A DNA stretch of 32,000 nucleotides, taken from NCBI GenBank assembly GCA_038833255.1, contig JAWBIX010000001.1:1-32000 (forward strand), given 5' to 3'. Position numbers and translations under genes: made by a program. Below, piece after piece: positions 18,518 to 25,755 of this stretch (within the stretch, counting starts at the first letter, position 1; each line of letters begins with the position of its first letter). Source of the stretch: Nanopusillaceae archaeon. GTDB lineage: Archaea; Nanobdellota; Nanobdellia; Nanobdellales; Nanobdellaceae. The notes beneath the pieces were generated by a model that worked only from the letters and a program-made list of their open reading frames with translations, had not been told where the DNA came from and searched no databases.

Positions 18518-19278
18518 ATAATTATTTATTAAGAATATCTTATAATGGAGAAAAGTTTCATGGCGTAGTTCCTCAAAAAAATGTAAAAACTGTTTTAAAT
18601 GAGATTATTAATTTTTATAAAATAGATAAATATAGATATTCGATTGTTTCAAGAACAGATAAAGGAGTTAGTGCAAAAGAAAACTATTTAGTTTTGCAAA
18701 CAGAAAAGGAGATAGATTTTACAACATTTTTTCATAATGATATAAAAATTTTAAATGCATTTAAGTTAAAGGAATATATAAATATTAGAAAATTTTCTAC
18801 TGGAAAGAGATATATATATAGATTGCCAAAATCTCTGTTTGAGAAATTTTATAGACCAAAATGGATAATTTTTGAAAATAAAAAAATTGAAATATCTTCT
18901 ATTGAAGACAAATTTGATATAAAAAAATATATTGAAGCTTCAAAGTATTTTATAGGAGAAAAAAGCTTTCATAATTTTGCAAAAGGAAAAGTAAAAAATC
19001 CCATATGTAAAATAATTAAATTTGAAATATATGAAGAAGAAGATTTTTATATTAATATTATAGAAGGAAATAGATTTCTTTATGAAATGATAAGAAGAAT
19101 TATTACTTTTTTAATCTCTGTTGGAAAAAATTTATATCCATTAGATAAAATTAATTTAGTATTTTTAGGAAATTTAGAACCAAAACCTTTTCCCGCAGAT
19201 TCAAAATATTTGCTATTAGAAAAAGTTTATCTTGATTGGAAAAAGCTATATAGATATATTGAAAAAATAATTATATGA
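18514..19278 (+). CDS. truA: tRNA pseudouridine synthase A (TruA/Pus1-like)
   Basis: 254 aa. ISYNGEKFHGV.PQ and SRTDKGVSA (catalytic Asp motif RTDKGV). 4-nt overlaps with both neighbours. Confidence 0.75.
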   Translation: MNNYLLRISYNGEKFHGVVPQKNVKTVLNEIINFYKIDKYRYSIVSRTDKGVSAKENYLVLQTEKEIDFTTFFHNDIKILNAFKLKEYINIRKFSTGKRYIYRLPKSLFEKFYRPKWIIFENKKIEISSIEDKFDIKKYIEASKYFIGEKSFHNFAKGKVKNPICKIIKFEIYEEEDFYINIIEGNRFLYEMIRRIITFLISVGKNLYPLDKINLVFLGNLEPKPFPADSKYLLLEKVYLDWKKLYRYIEKIII

Positions 19279-20162
19279 TGGAATATTTAAAAAAAGCTGG
19301 AAAAATAGCTAAAGATGTTTATGAATATTCGAAGAATTTTTTAAAACCAGAGGTTAGTTTATTAGAAATAGCAGAAGCTTTAGAAAACAAAATAAAGGAC
19401 TTAGGTGGAGAACCCGCCTTTCCAGTTAATATATCAATAAATGAAATTGCAGCACATTATACTCCAATAGAAAATGATAATAAAGTTTTAAAAGATGGAG
19501 ATGTAGTTAAAATAGACTTTGGTGTTCATGTAGAAGGTTACATTGTCGATATTGCCTATACTGTTGAGATAAATGATAATAAATTCAAATATTTGATTTT
19601 AGCCGCAAAAGAAGCACTTAAACGCGTTAAAAGCATTTTAAAAAAGGATATTGAGCTAGGAATTATTGGAAAATGTATTGAAGATGAGATAAAAAAATAC
19701 CAATACAAACCAATATATAATTTGAGTGGTCATAAGATTGAAAGATTTTTATTACATGCTGGGATAAATATTCCAAACTATAATAACAATTCTAAAATCA
19801 AATTAAGTGAAGGAATTTATGCAATAGAGCCTTTCGCAACCAATGGTATAGGATATGTAGAAGATTTTAAAAGTTCCGAAATTTATTCAATAGTAGAATA
19901 CAAACCGGTTAGAGAACCTTCAATAAGAAAATTTTTAGATATAATATATGAAAAATATAAAAATTTACCATTTGCTTATAGATGGTTAAAAAATGATTTT
20001 AAAAATTTTACAAACATAAAATATGCTTTAAATTATTTAATATCAAACGGAATAGTAAAAAATTACCCAATCTTAAGAGAAAGATCTGGAGGAATCGTAT
20101 CTCAATTTGAAACAACTTTTTTAGTTAATAATGGAGTTCACGACCTAATAGATTTTATTTAA
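19275..20162 (+). CDS. map: Methionine aminopeptidase, type 2 (archaeal)
   Basis: 295 aa. AFPVNISINEIAAHYTP, DVVKIDFGVHVEGYIVDIAYT, NLSGH, and E-containing C-terminal metal ligands (FETTFLV). Confidence 0.9.
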   Translation: MMEYLKKAGKIAKDVYEYSKNFLKPEVSLLEIAEALENKIKDLGGEPAFPVNISINEIAAHYTPIENDNKVLKDGDVVKIDFGVHVEGYIVDIAYTVEINDNKFKYLILAAKEALKRVKSILKKDIELGIIGKCIEDEIKKYQYKPIYNLSGHKIERFLLHAGINIPNYNNNSKIKLSEGIYAIEPFATNGIGYVEDFKSSEIYSIVEYKPVREPSIRKFLDIIYEKYKNLPFAYRWLKNDFKNFTNIKYALNYLISNGIVKNYPILRERSGGIVSQFETTFLVNNGVHDLIDFI

Positions 20163-20217
20163 CGTTATTGAAATGTTAAAAGTAAAATATGTTGGAAACT
20201 CCATTAAAACAAAAAGA

Positions 20218-20227
20218 TTTTTATATT
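20218..20227 (+). promoter_or_regulatory. Putative BRE/TATA element (AAAAAG-ATTTTTATATT) of the histone gene
   Basis: TTTTTATATT lies at -29..-20 from the ATG at 20247 and is preceded by a purine-rich AAAAAG. Confidence 0.4.
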
Positions 20228-20246
20228 CAAAATAGAATTATTAATT

Positions 20247-20471
20247 ATGGCGAAGAGAGTAACACCCATACCAATTGCGCCTTTGTATAGAATCTTAAGA
20301 AGGGCAGGAGCTAGCAGAGTATCTGAAGATGCAAAGAGAACTTTTGTGGACTCCATTGTTGAAATTGCAGATAAAATAGCAGCAAGAGCTGTAGAGTTTG
20401 CAAAGCATGCAGGAAGAAAAACAATACAAGAAGAGGACGTAAAAATGGCTTACAAAGAATTGAAGGGATAA
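20247..20471 (+). CDS. Archaeal histone (HMf family histone fold)
   Basis: 74 aa. IPIAPLYRILRRAGASRVSEDA......I.....A..A.EFAKHAGRKTIQEEDVKMA aligns along its length with HMfB-type histones. Has a short basic N-terminal extension, MAKRVTP. Confidence 0.92.
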   Translation: MAKRVTPIPIAPLYRILRRAGASRVSEDAKRTFVDSIVEIADKIAARAVEFAKHAGRKTIQEEDVKMAYKELKG

Positions 20472-20513
20472 ACTTTATTTTTTAATATATTTTATTTTGT
20501 TTTTTTATATTTA

Positions 20514-20975
20514 ATGAAAAATAAAGAAACTTTAGAAATTTATTTAAAAAATAAAGGGATATCTCATGAATTTTTAAAATTTCAAGATGTATCTAAATCT
20601 AAAAATATAGATAATATGATAGATATTAATAAAGTTGTTAAAACTATTGTATTTGTTAATGATAAAAATGAACCAGTAATTGTAGTTCTAAGATCAATTT
20701 ATAGAGTTAATCAGAAAAAGTTAGCTAAAATTTTAAATGTTAAAGATATTAGATTGGCAACACCAGAAGAGGTTATTAAATATACTGGATATAAAGTTGG
20801 AGGGGTAGCACCATTTGACATAAATTTCAAAATATATATAGATAAAGAATTGTTAAATGAAGATATAGTTTACACTGGTGGAGGTGATGAGAGACATTTA
20901 TTGAAAATAAGAGTTGAAGATATAATAAAAAATAATAATTGTGAAATAATTGATATTCCAAAAAAGTCGGCGTAG
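20514..20975 (+). CDS. YbaK/ProX-type aminoacyl-tRNA deacylase (trans-editing domain protein)
   Basis: 153 aa. ..KTIVF......PVIVVLR....VN.KKLAK.........A.PEEV...TGY.VGGVAPF is the YbaK/prolyl-tRNA editing domain pattern. Confidence 0.7.
   Translation: MKNKETLEIYLKNKGISHEFLKFQDVSKSKNIDNMIDINKVVKTIVFVNDKNEPVIVVLRSIYRVNQKKLAKILNVKDIRLATPEEVIKYTGYKVGGVAPFDINFKIYIDKELLNEDIVYTGGGDERHLLKIRVEDIIKNNNCEIIDIPKKSA
20960..20965 (-). terminator. T6 tract (minus strand) directly after the GC-rich RNA island
   Basis: Plus strand AAAAAA at 20960-20965 reads TTTTTT on the minus strand, immediately 3' of ...GCCGAC. Oligo-T is the usual archaeal termination signal. It lies inside the last codons of the plus-strand YbaK-like CDS. 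Confidence 0.4.
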
Positions 20976-21015
20976 CCGTATTCATCATCCTTCAGGGTCA
21001 AGCCAACTTCCCCAT
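20966..21015 (-). ncRNA. C/D-box-like sRNA module (perfect internal CUGA/AUGAUGA K-loop, degenerate terminal boxes)
   Basis: Minus strand: AUGGGGA (21015-21009) - 13 nt - CUGA (20995-20992) - AGG - AUGAUGA (20988-20982) - 11 nt - CCGA (20970-20967) - C - U6. The spacings are 13/11 nt rather than the canonical 12/12, and the terminal boxes are imperfect. GUUGGC (21007-21002) can pair with GCCGAC (20971-20966) only on the minus strand, because the stem needs a G-U pair. Confidence 0.35.
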
Positions 21016-21018
21016 TAT

Positions 21019-21074
21019 TGTACCCTGCCCGGAGGAACTGGTTCATCAATCCCCAGTGCATGGCAGGCAGGGTA
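21019..21074 (-). ncRNA. H/ACA-type pseudouridylation guide sRNA candidate (single hairpin with K-loop and ACA)
   Basis: Minus strand 5'-TACCCTGCC|TGCCATGC|ACTGG|GGATTGATGAA|CCAGT|TCCTCCG|GGCAGGGT|ACA-3'. The lower stem is a perfect 8-9 bp (21066-21074 with 21021-29). The internal loop is 8 nt/7 nt, and the upper stem is a perfect 5 bp (21053-57 with 21037-41). The 11-nt apical loop can form G.A/A.G/G.A sheared pairs (21051.21043, 21050.21044, 21052.21042). ACA is at 21021-21019, 15 nt after the upper stem. Local G+C is far above the surrounding DNA. Confidence 0.55.
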
Positions 21075-21138
21075 TAATAATAAAAATAATCTTAATTTTT
21101 AATATTTTTAATTTTAGAAATTCCAAATATAAATCTAT

Positions 21139-21981
21139 ATGAATAATATTTTAGAGGAATATAAAATATGGTTAGAGTTGCAAGGAAAATCTAAAAATAC
21201 CATAAAAACTTATTCCATTCCTATAAGAAAATTTTTAGAATATCTTTCAAATATTTTTTCAAAGAATGATATAAATGTTGACTTTCTTAAAGAAAATTTA
21301 AATAAAAATTTAATAATAAGATTTCTTGCAGAAATTAAAACAAAGAAAAATTTGGATCCAAATTCTATAAGACTTTATATAAGATCTCTTTCTTCCTTTC
21401 TAAAGTTTTTAGATAGACCAGATATTATAAAAGATTTAAAAGTTCCAAGAGTTGATAAAAAATTACCAAAATATATTACTTTCGATGAATTTAACCATTT
21501 ATTAAGTTTTGTTAAAAAGAAAAGAGATAAATTAATTTTATTGTTATTATTTTATACTGGAGTTAGAGTGTCTGAATTGGTAAATTTAAAAAAAGAAGAT
21601 GTCTTAATAAAGGAGGGATTTATAAGAGTTTATGGAAAAGGTGGTAAAGAAAGAATGATCCCGATTCCTAAATTTTTAATAGAAGAATTGAATAGTTATA
21701 TTCAAAATCTAAAAGATGAAAAACTATTTAATATTTCCACAAGACAAGTTGAAAGAATAGTTAAAAAATATGCTAAATTAGCAAATATAAATAAAAAAGT
21801 AACCCCCCATGTACTTAGACATTCATTAGCTACAATGCTTCTATCTAATGGAGTTGATATAAGATATATTCAAGAAATTTTAGGACATTCTTCACTTTCA
21901 ATAACTCAAATATATACACATGTTATCCCATCTAAATTAAAAGAAATTTATGAAAAGGTTTTTGAAAATATAAAAGTTTAA
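21139..21981 (+). CDS. xerA: Tyrosine recombinase, XerA-like (archaeal Xer/integrase family)
   Basis: 280 aa. N-terminal SAM-like core-binding domain. Catalytic region with R (YTGVRVSEL), HVLRHSLAT, LGHSSLSITQIYTHV (the R..H-x-x-R..H..Y set). Confidence 0.85.
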   Translation: MNNILEEYKIWLELQGKSKNTIKTYSIPIRKFLEYLSNIFSKNDINVDFLKENLNKNLIIRFLAEIKTKKNLDPNSIRLYIRSLSSFLKFLDRPDIIKDLKVPRVDKKLPKYITFDEFNHLLSFVKKKRDKLILLLLFYTGVRVSELVNLKKEDVLIKEGFIRVYGKGGKERMIPIPKFLIEELNSYIQNLKDEKLFNISTRQVERIVKKYAKLANINKKVTPHVLRHSLATMLLSNGVDIRYIQEILGHSSLSITQIYTHVIPSKLKEIYEKVFENIKV

Positions 21982-21996
21982 TGCTAAATATTTTTA

Positions 21997-22254
21997 ATGG
22001 TGAAAAAAGAAAAAAATGAAGTTTCTGAAATAGAAACTATAGAATTAAACATAGCTAGAGAAGCCTTAATTGAAGAAATTGAAGCTATAATATCCTATGA
22101 CGAAAAGCTTCTATATGTAGAAGACGAGGAATTAAGAAATATATTAATTCATAATAGAGACGACGAAAAGGAACATATAGCAATGTTATTAAATTGGTTA
22201 TCTAAAAAGGATCCGGCTTTAGAAAAAGAATTAAAAGAAAGACTTTTTAAATAA
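21997..22254 (+). CDS. EncFtn-like (encapsulated-ferritin family) mini-ferritin/ferroxidase, without C-terminal targeting peptide
   Basis: 85 aa. ..EEIEAIISYDEKL.....DEELRNILIHNRDDEKEHIAMLLNWLSKKDP...KELKERLF matches my recollection of the EncFtn core (E..EA..WY ... L..HNRDEEKEH...LEWLRR.D). It ends right after the core. Confidence 0.6.
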   Translation: MVKKEKNEVSEIETIELNIAREALIEEIEAIISYDEKLLYVEDEELRNILIHNRDDEKEHIAMLLNWLSKKDPALEKELKERLFK

Positions 22255-22262
22255 AAAAAATC

Positions 22263-22334
22263 TGGACCCGCCGGGATTTGAACCCGGGATCTCCGGCTTG
22301 CAAGGCCGGCATCCTACCGCTAGACTACGGGCCC
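22263..22334 (-). tRNA. tRNA-Ala (anticodon UGC), no encoded CCA
   Basis: Reverse complement: GGGCCCG-TA-GTCT-AGCGGTA-GGAT-G-CCGGC-CTTGCAA-GCCGG-AGATC-CCGGG-TTCAAAT-CCCGG-CGGGTCC-A (72 nt). Anticodon TGC. The G3:U70 pair and A73 discriminator (alanine identity elements) are both present. Confidence 0.93.
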
Positions 22335-22368
22335 ATTATAATTTTTAATGAAAAAAATAATTAAAAAA

Positions 22369-25086
22369 TTAAGATACTATACAAACAGACCATCCACAAT
22401 CCATACACATTAAACATCCAGATTGATTTACTAATTTCTCACTATTACAATTTGGACATCTTTTAACATCATCAACTTCTTTTATATCTTTATCTAATTT
22501 TTTATCTAAAATCTTAATTTTTATGCTTTCTCCAGATTTTAGAGAATTGTACCAATTTGGTAATTCGATCTTTAACTCTTTCAAAATTTCAATAGTTTTA
22601 TTTTCAATAATTCCACTCTCAACCATTTTTAAATATTCTTCTATTCTTTTCTTACTTGCTTCTGCACTTGTATAATAAACTTGCTTTGTTTTGCAACCTT
22701 CTCTAAAAACAGTAATTCCTCTGCATTTTAGCTTATAAGCTAACATATAAGCTCCTAATACATCTTCCTTTGTCATCCAATTTGGCATATTTATAGTTTT
22801 TGATATTGTATTTGTAATCCATATTTGTGCTGCTGCTTGAGCTCTAACGTGATCCCACCATGGAATATCTAAAGCTGTTAGAAAAACTCTTTTTAAATCA
22901 ATAGGTATTTCCTCTATTCCCAATAAACTACCTCCATTTTCCGATATCTTTTTTAATATTTCTTCCTTATATAACCCTTTTATTTTTAGTTGTCTCTCCA
23001 ATTCTACATCAATATAATAAAAACTTCCTGCAGTAACTCTTTTTTCATAAACCAAAGCATATTGTGGTTCAATTCCAGATGATACGTCCAATAACATAGA
23101 TATAGATCCTGTTGGAGCTATTGTAGTCACAGTAAGATTCCTAATTCCGTATTTCTGAATTTCTTTAGCTAAGTAATCCCAATCTAATGTCCAAATTTCC
23201 CTTTTATAATATCCATCTACAGGCATTTTTCCATTTTTATATTCAGAGTAAATATAAAGTGGAAATACTCCTCTTTCTTTTGCTCTTTCAACAGATTCCA
23301 GCATAGAATAATATGTTAACCATTCTGAAACTTTCATAATGAATTTAAATCCGTCTTCAGAAGAATAAGGTATTTCTAAAGCATACATAGCATCTGCTAA
23401 ACCCATATATCCTAAGCCTATTCTTCTTGTAGCTTTTGTATTTTCTTCTACTTCCTTTACTGGATAGGTATTTACATCAATTACATTATCTAAAAATCTA
23501 TAAGCCCATTTTATAGTTTCTTTATATTCCTCCCAATCAAAATATGCTTTTCCATCCTTAAATTTAATCATTGCATATAAATTAATAGAACCTAAATTAC
23601 ATGATTCAAAAGGATATAAGGGTTGTTCTCCACATGGATTTGTAGCTCTAATTGGTCCTTTATAATTATAAAGTAAATTATTAGAGTTCATATGATCCAT
23701 AAACAAACATCCCGGATCTCCCGTCTTCCATGCCATATAAGCTATTTCTTCTAAAAGATTTCTTGGATTGACATAACTTACTATAGCTTCGGCCGGTATT
23801 TTATCTATATTAAAATTGCTATCTCCAGGAAATGCACAATTATATTTCCTTAATATTCTCGGATTTAATAAAGGATAATTTTTATTTTTTTCATAATATT
23901 CCCAAAAATCTGGAGTTATTAATACAGAAATATTAAAGTTTTCTAAAACTCCCTCTTTTTCTTTAGAATGAATAAATTTCATTATATCTGGATGCCAAAC
24001 TTCTAAAATACCCATATTTGCCCCTCTTCTCTTCCCTCCTTGTTTTACAACATCTGTGATAACATCTATTATTCTCATAAAAGAAACAGGTCCTGATGCA
24101 ACTCCAGCAGTCGAAGCAACAACATCTCCTTCAGGTCTTAAGAAAGAAAAATTTACTCCTACACCGCCACCAGATTTAAATATTAATGCCGCATTTGTAG
24201 CACATTCCATAATAGATTTCATATCATCATCTATTGGTAAAACAAAACAAGCAGATAATTGTCCTAATCTTGCTCCGGCATTAAAAAGAGTTGGAGAATT
24301 TGGTAAAAATTTTTTTTGAACCATTAAATTATAATAATTTAAATAATTATCATAATACTTATCGAAATCTCCGTTCTCAATTTTATTTAACAATTCCTTC
24401 CATGTAATTTTCATGTGTCCTCTTTCATTCAAATAATCATATAAATATTTCATTCTTTCTAAATGATATTTATTCCATTTTACCAAATATCCATTTTCTG
24501 TTTTTTTCAATCCTATTTTTCCTTCAAATTCTTCTGGATTAAAATCTTCTTTTGGTTTTATAGTTTGTTTCCCTTCTTTATCATATACTTCTGGATCATA
24601 CAATATATCTGGAATTACTATTAATGCTGCAACCCTTTCGAACATTTGTTTTGGTCCTTCTATCAATTTTCCATTTTCGTCTTTTAACAAGTATCTATCA
24701 ACCATCAATCTTATAGCATTAACTGAAAATCTTTTTGCTACTTCTTCTTCATAAAATTTTCCCAAAAGTCTTATTTTTTCTTCTCTAATTTTTTCCTTTT
24801 CTTTTCTATATGTTATATATTTCTTAGCTACTTCATAAAGGTCAAATTTTATTAAAGAATATTCCACAATATCTTGTATTTCTTCTACTGTCGGTATTTT
24901 ATCAATAAATTTTTCATCCAAAATCTTTAAAACAAATTCTGTTATTTTTTTTAATAATTCTTTATTATAGAATCCTGCAGCCAACATTGCCCTTTCTATT
25001 GCATATTCTATTCTATAAGGATCAAAATCTACAACTCTACCATCTCTCTTTATAACCTTTTTTACCCTTATGGGCGGATAAGACAT
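22369..25086 (-). CDS. nrdJ: Class II (adenosylcobalamin-dependent) ribonucleotide reductase with N-terminal ATP-cone and C-terminal zinc ribbon
   Basis: 905 aa. ATP-cone (VIKRDGRVVDFDPYRIEYAIERA). Catalytic core motifs (NSPTLFNAG, ACFV, SGGGVG, NPCGEQPL.P.ESCNLGSINL, TTIAPTGSIS). C-terminal CPNC...CLMCMDCGW. Confidence 0.9.
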   Translation of the reverse strand: MSYPPIRVKKVIKRDGRVVDFDPYRIEYAIERAMLAAGFYNKELLKKITEFVLKILDEKFIDKIPTVEEIQDIVEYSLIKFDLYEVAKKYITYRKEKEKIREEKIRLLGKFYEEEVAKRFSVNAIRLMVDRYLLKDENGKLIEGPKQMFERVAALIVIPDILYDPEVYDKEGKQTIKPKEDFNPEEFEGKIGLKKTENGYLVKWNKYHLERMKYLYDYLNERGHMKITWKELLNKIENGDFDKYYDNYLNYYNLMVQKKFLPNSPTLFNAGARLGQLSACFVLPIDDDMKSIMECATNAALIFKSGGGVGVNFSFLRPEGDVVASTAGVASGPVSFMRIIDVITDVVKQGGKRRGANMGILEVWHPDIMKFIHSKEKEGVLENFNISVLITPDFWEYYEKNKNYPLLNPRILRKYNCAFPGDSNFNIDKIPAEAIVSYVNPRNLLEEIAYMAWKTGDPGCLFMDHMNSNNLLYNYKGPIRATNPCGEQPLYPFESCNLGSINLYAMIKFKDGKAYFDWEEYKETIKWAYRFLDNVIDVNTYPVKEVEENTKATRRIGLGYMGLADAMYALEIPYSSEDGFKFIMKVSEWLTYYSMLESVERAKERGVFPLYIYSEYKNGKMPVDGYYKREIWTLDWDYLAKEIQKYGIRNLTVTTIAPTGSISMLLDVSSGIEPQYALVYEKRVTAGSFYYIDVELERQLKIKGLYKEEILKKISENGGSLLGIEEIPIDLKRVFLTALDIPWWDHVRAQAAAQIWITNTISKTINMPNWMTKEDVLGAYMLAYKLKCRGITVFREGCKTKQVYYTSAEASKKRIEEYLKMVESGIIENKTIEILKELKIELPNWYNSLKSGESIKIKILDKKLDKDIKEVDDVKRCPNCNSEKLVNQSGCLMCMDCGWSVCIVS

Positions 25087-25125
25087 TATATTCTATGTAT
25101 TTTTATGTTTATATTTTTACTTTTG

Positions 25126-25755
25126 CTATAAAAGTTTCTTAAATTCTATTTTTTCTCTGTCTATTTCAATTAAAAAAATGCTTCTAGCAACATTTAAAAC
25201 TAAAGATTTATTTATAATTTCATCTAAACCTCCAGTTTCATGAATATGACCATGGATTACCATTGAAATTTTTGATTTTTTTAAAAAATCATATAAAATT
25301 TCACTTCCAGAGATATTTAAAGATGTTTTTGATCCTTTTGGTGGCAAATGTGAAAAGAGAATTATTTTTTTATCCTTAAACTTTTCAAAAATTTCATATA
25401 AAAAATTTCTTATTTCATTTTCTGAGATTACAAAAAAAGGTATATCTGCTCCTCCAATCCCAGCAATTATTAAATCTTTATATTCAAAAAACTTTTTATG
25501 AAAAATTTTTATATTATATTTCTTTTCTAATATTTCTAATATATCTGGAGTCTCATGATTTCCTGGAACAAAAAATATTTTATTTGAATCAAAATATTTA
25601 GTTAAAACATTTACAATACCTTTTCTTAATTCTCCAAAATCTGCCAAATCTCCTAAAATAAAAAGATAATTTGGATTTTCTTCCTTTATAAATTTTATTA
25701 ACTTTCTAATTAATATTTGATCATTATGAATATCTGAAATTGCTAAAATTTTCAT
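25126..25755 (-). CDS. Metallophosphoesterase (calcineurin-like)
   Basis: 209 aa. ILAISDIHND, LGDLADFG, PGNHE, FSHLPP, HGHIHE motifs. Confidence 0.85.
   Translation of the reverse strand: MKILAISDIHNDQILIRKLIKFIKEENPNYLFILGDLADFGELRKGIVNVLTKYFDSNKIFFVPGNHETPDILEILEKKYNIKIFHKKFFEYKDLIIAGIGGADIPFFVISENEIRNFLYEIFEKFKDKKIILFSHLPPKGSKTSLNISGSEILYDFLKKSKISMVIHGHIHETGGLDEIINKSLVLNVARSIFLIEIDREKIEFKKLL

Noticed and set aside
20870-21061. 63-aa minus-strand ORF (MHWGLMNQFLRAGYNNGEVGLTLKDDEYGYADFFG...) covering most of the GC-rich island
   Set aside because: Half of it is antisense to the well-supported YbaK-like CDS. Its composition changes abruptly at the island boundary. The region is better explained by stable RNA stems (perfect 9-bp and 5-bp helices, K-loop motifs).
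20966-21074. The GC-rich island as a 5S rRNA, a split-tRNA half or an SRP/RNase P RNA fragment
   Set aside because: The ends cannot form a 5S helix I, and the 5S loop C/helix III consensus (CCGAAC...GGAAGUUAAGC) is absent, despite a GGAAGUUGGC-like run. There is no D-arm or anticodon arm, and the plus-strand T-arm-like hairpin has an 11-nt rather than a 7-nt loop. The region is also far too short for SRP or RNase P RNA. A short resemblance of the plus strand to the 16S CCGGAGGAA...CAUGGC region is not collinear, and I treat it as coincidence or guide-target complementarity.
21139-22334. Integrated virus or plasmid delimited by tRNA-Ala
   Set aside because: I found no direct repeat of the tRNA-Ala 3' segment anywhere in the window, and only one small cargo gene is present. 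The recombinase's size and motifs fit chromosomal XerA. It is kept only as a low-interest finding.
24056-24319. 87-aa plus-strand ORF inside nrdJ
   Set aside because: It is antisense to the conserved catalytic core of the reductase, so it is a shadow ORF.
22369-25086. Possible intein in the ribonucleotide reductase (common in archaeal RNRs)
   Set aside because: The 905-aa length is fully accounted for by the ATP-cone, class II core and zinc ribbon. The catalytic motifs are contiguous, and I saw no intein block motifs or homing-endonuclease region.
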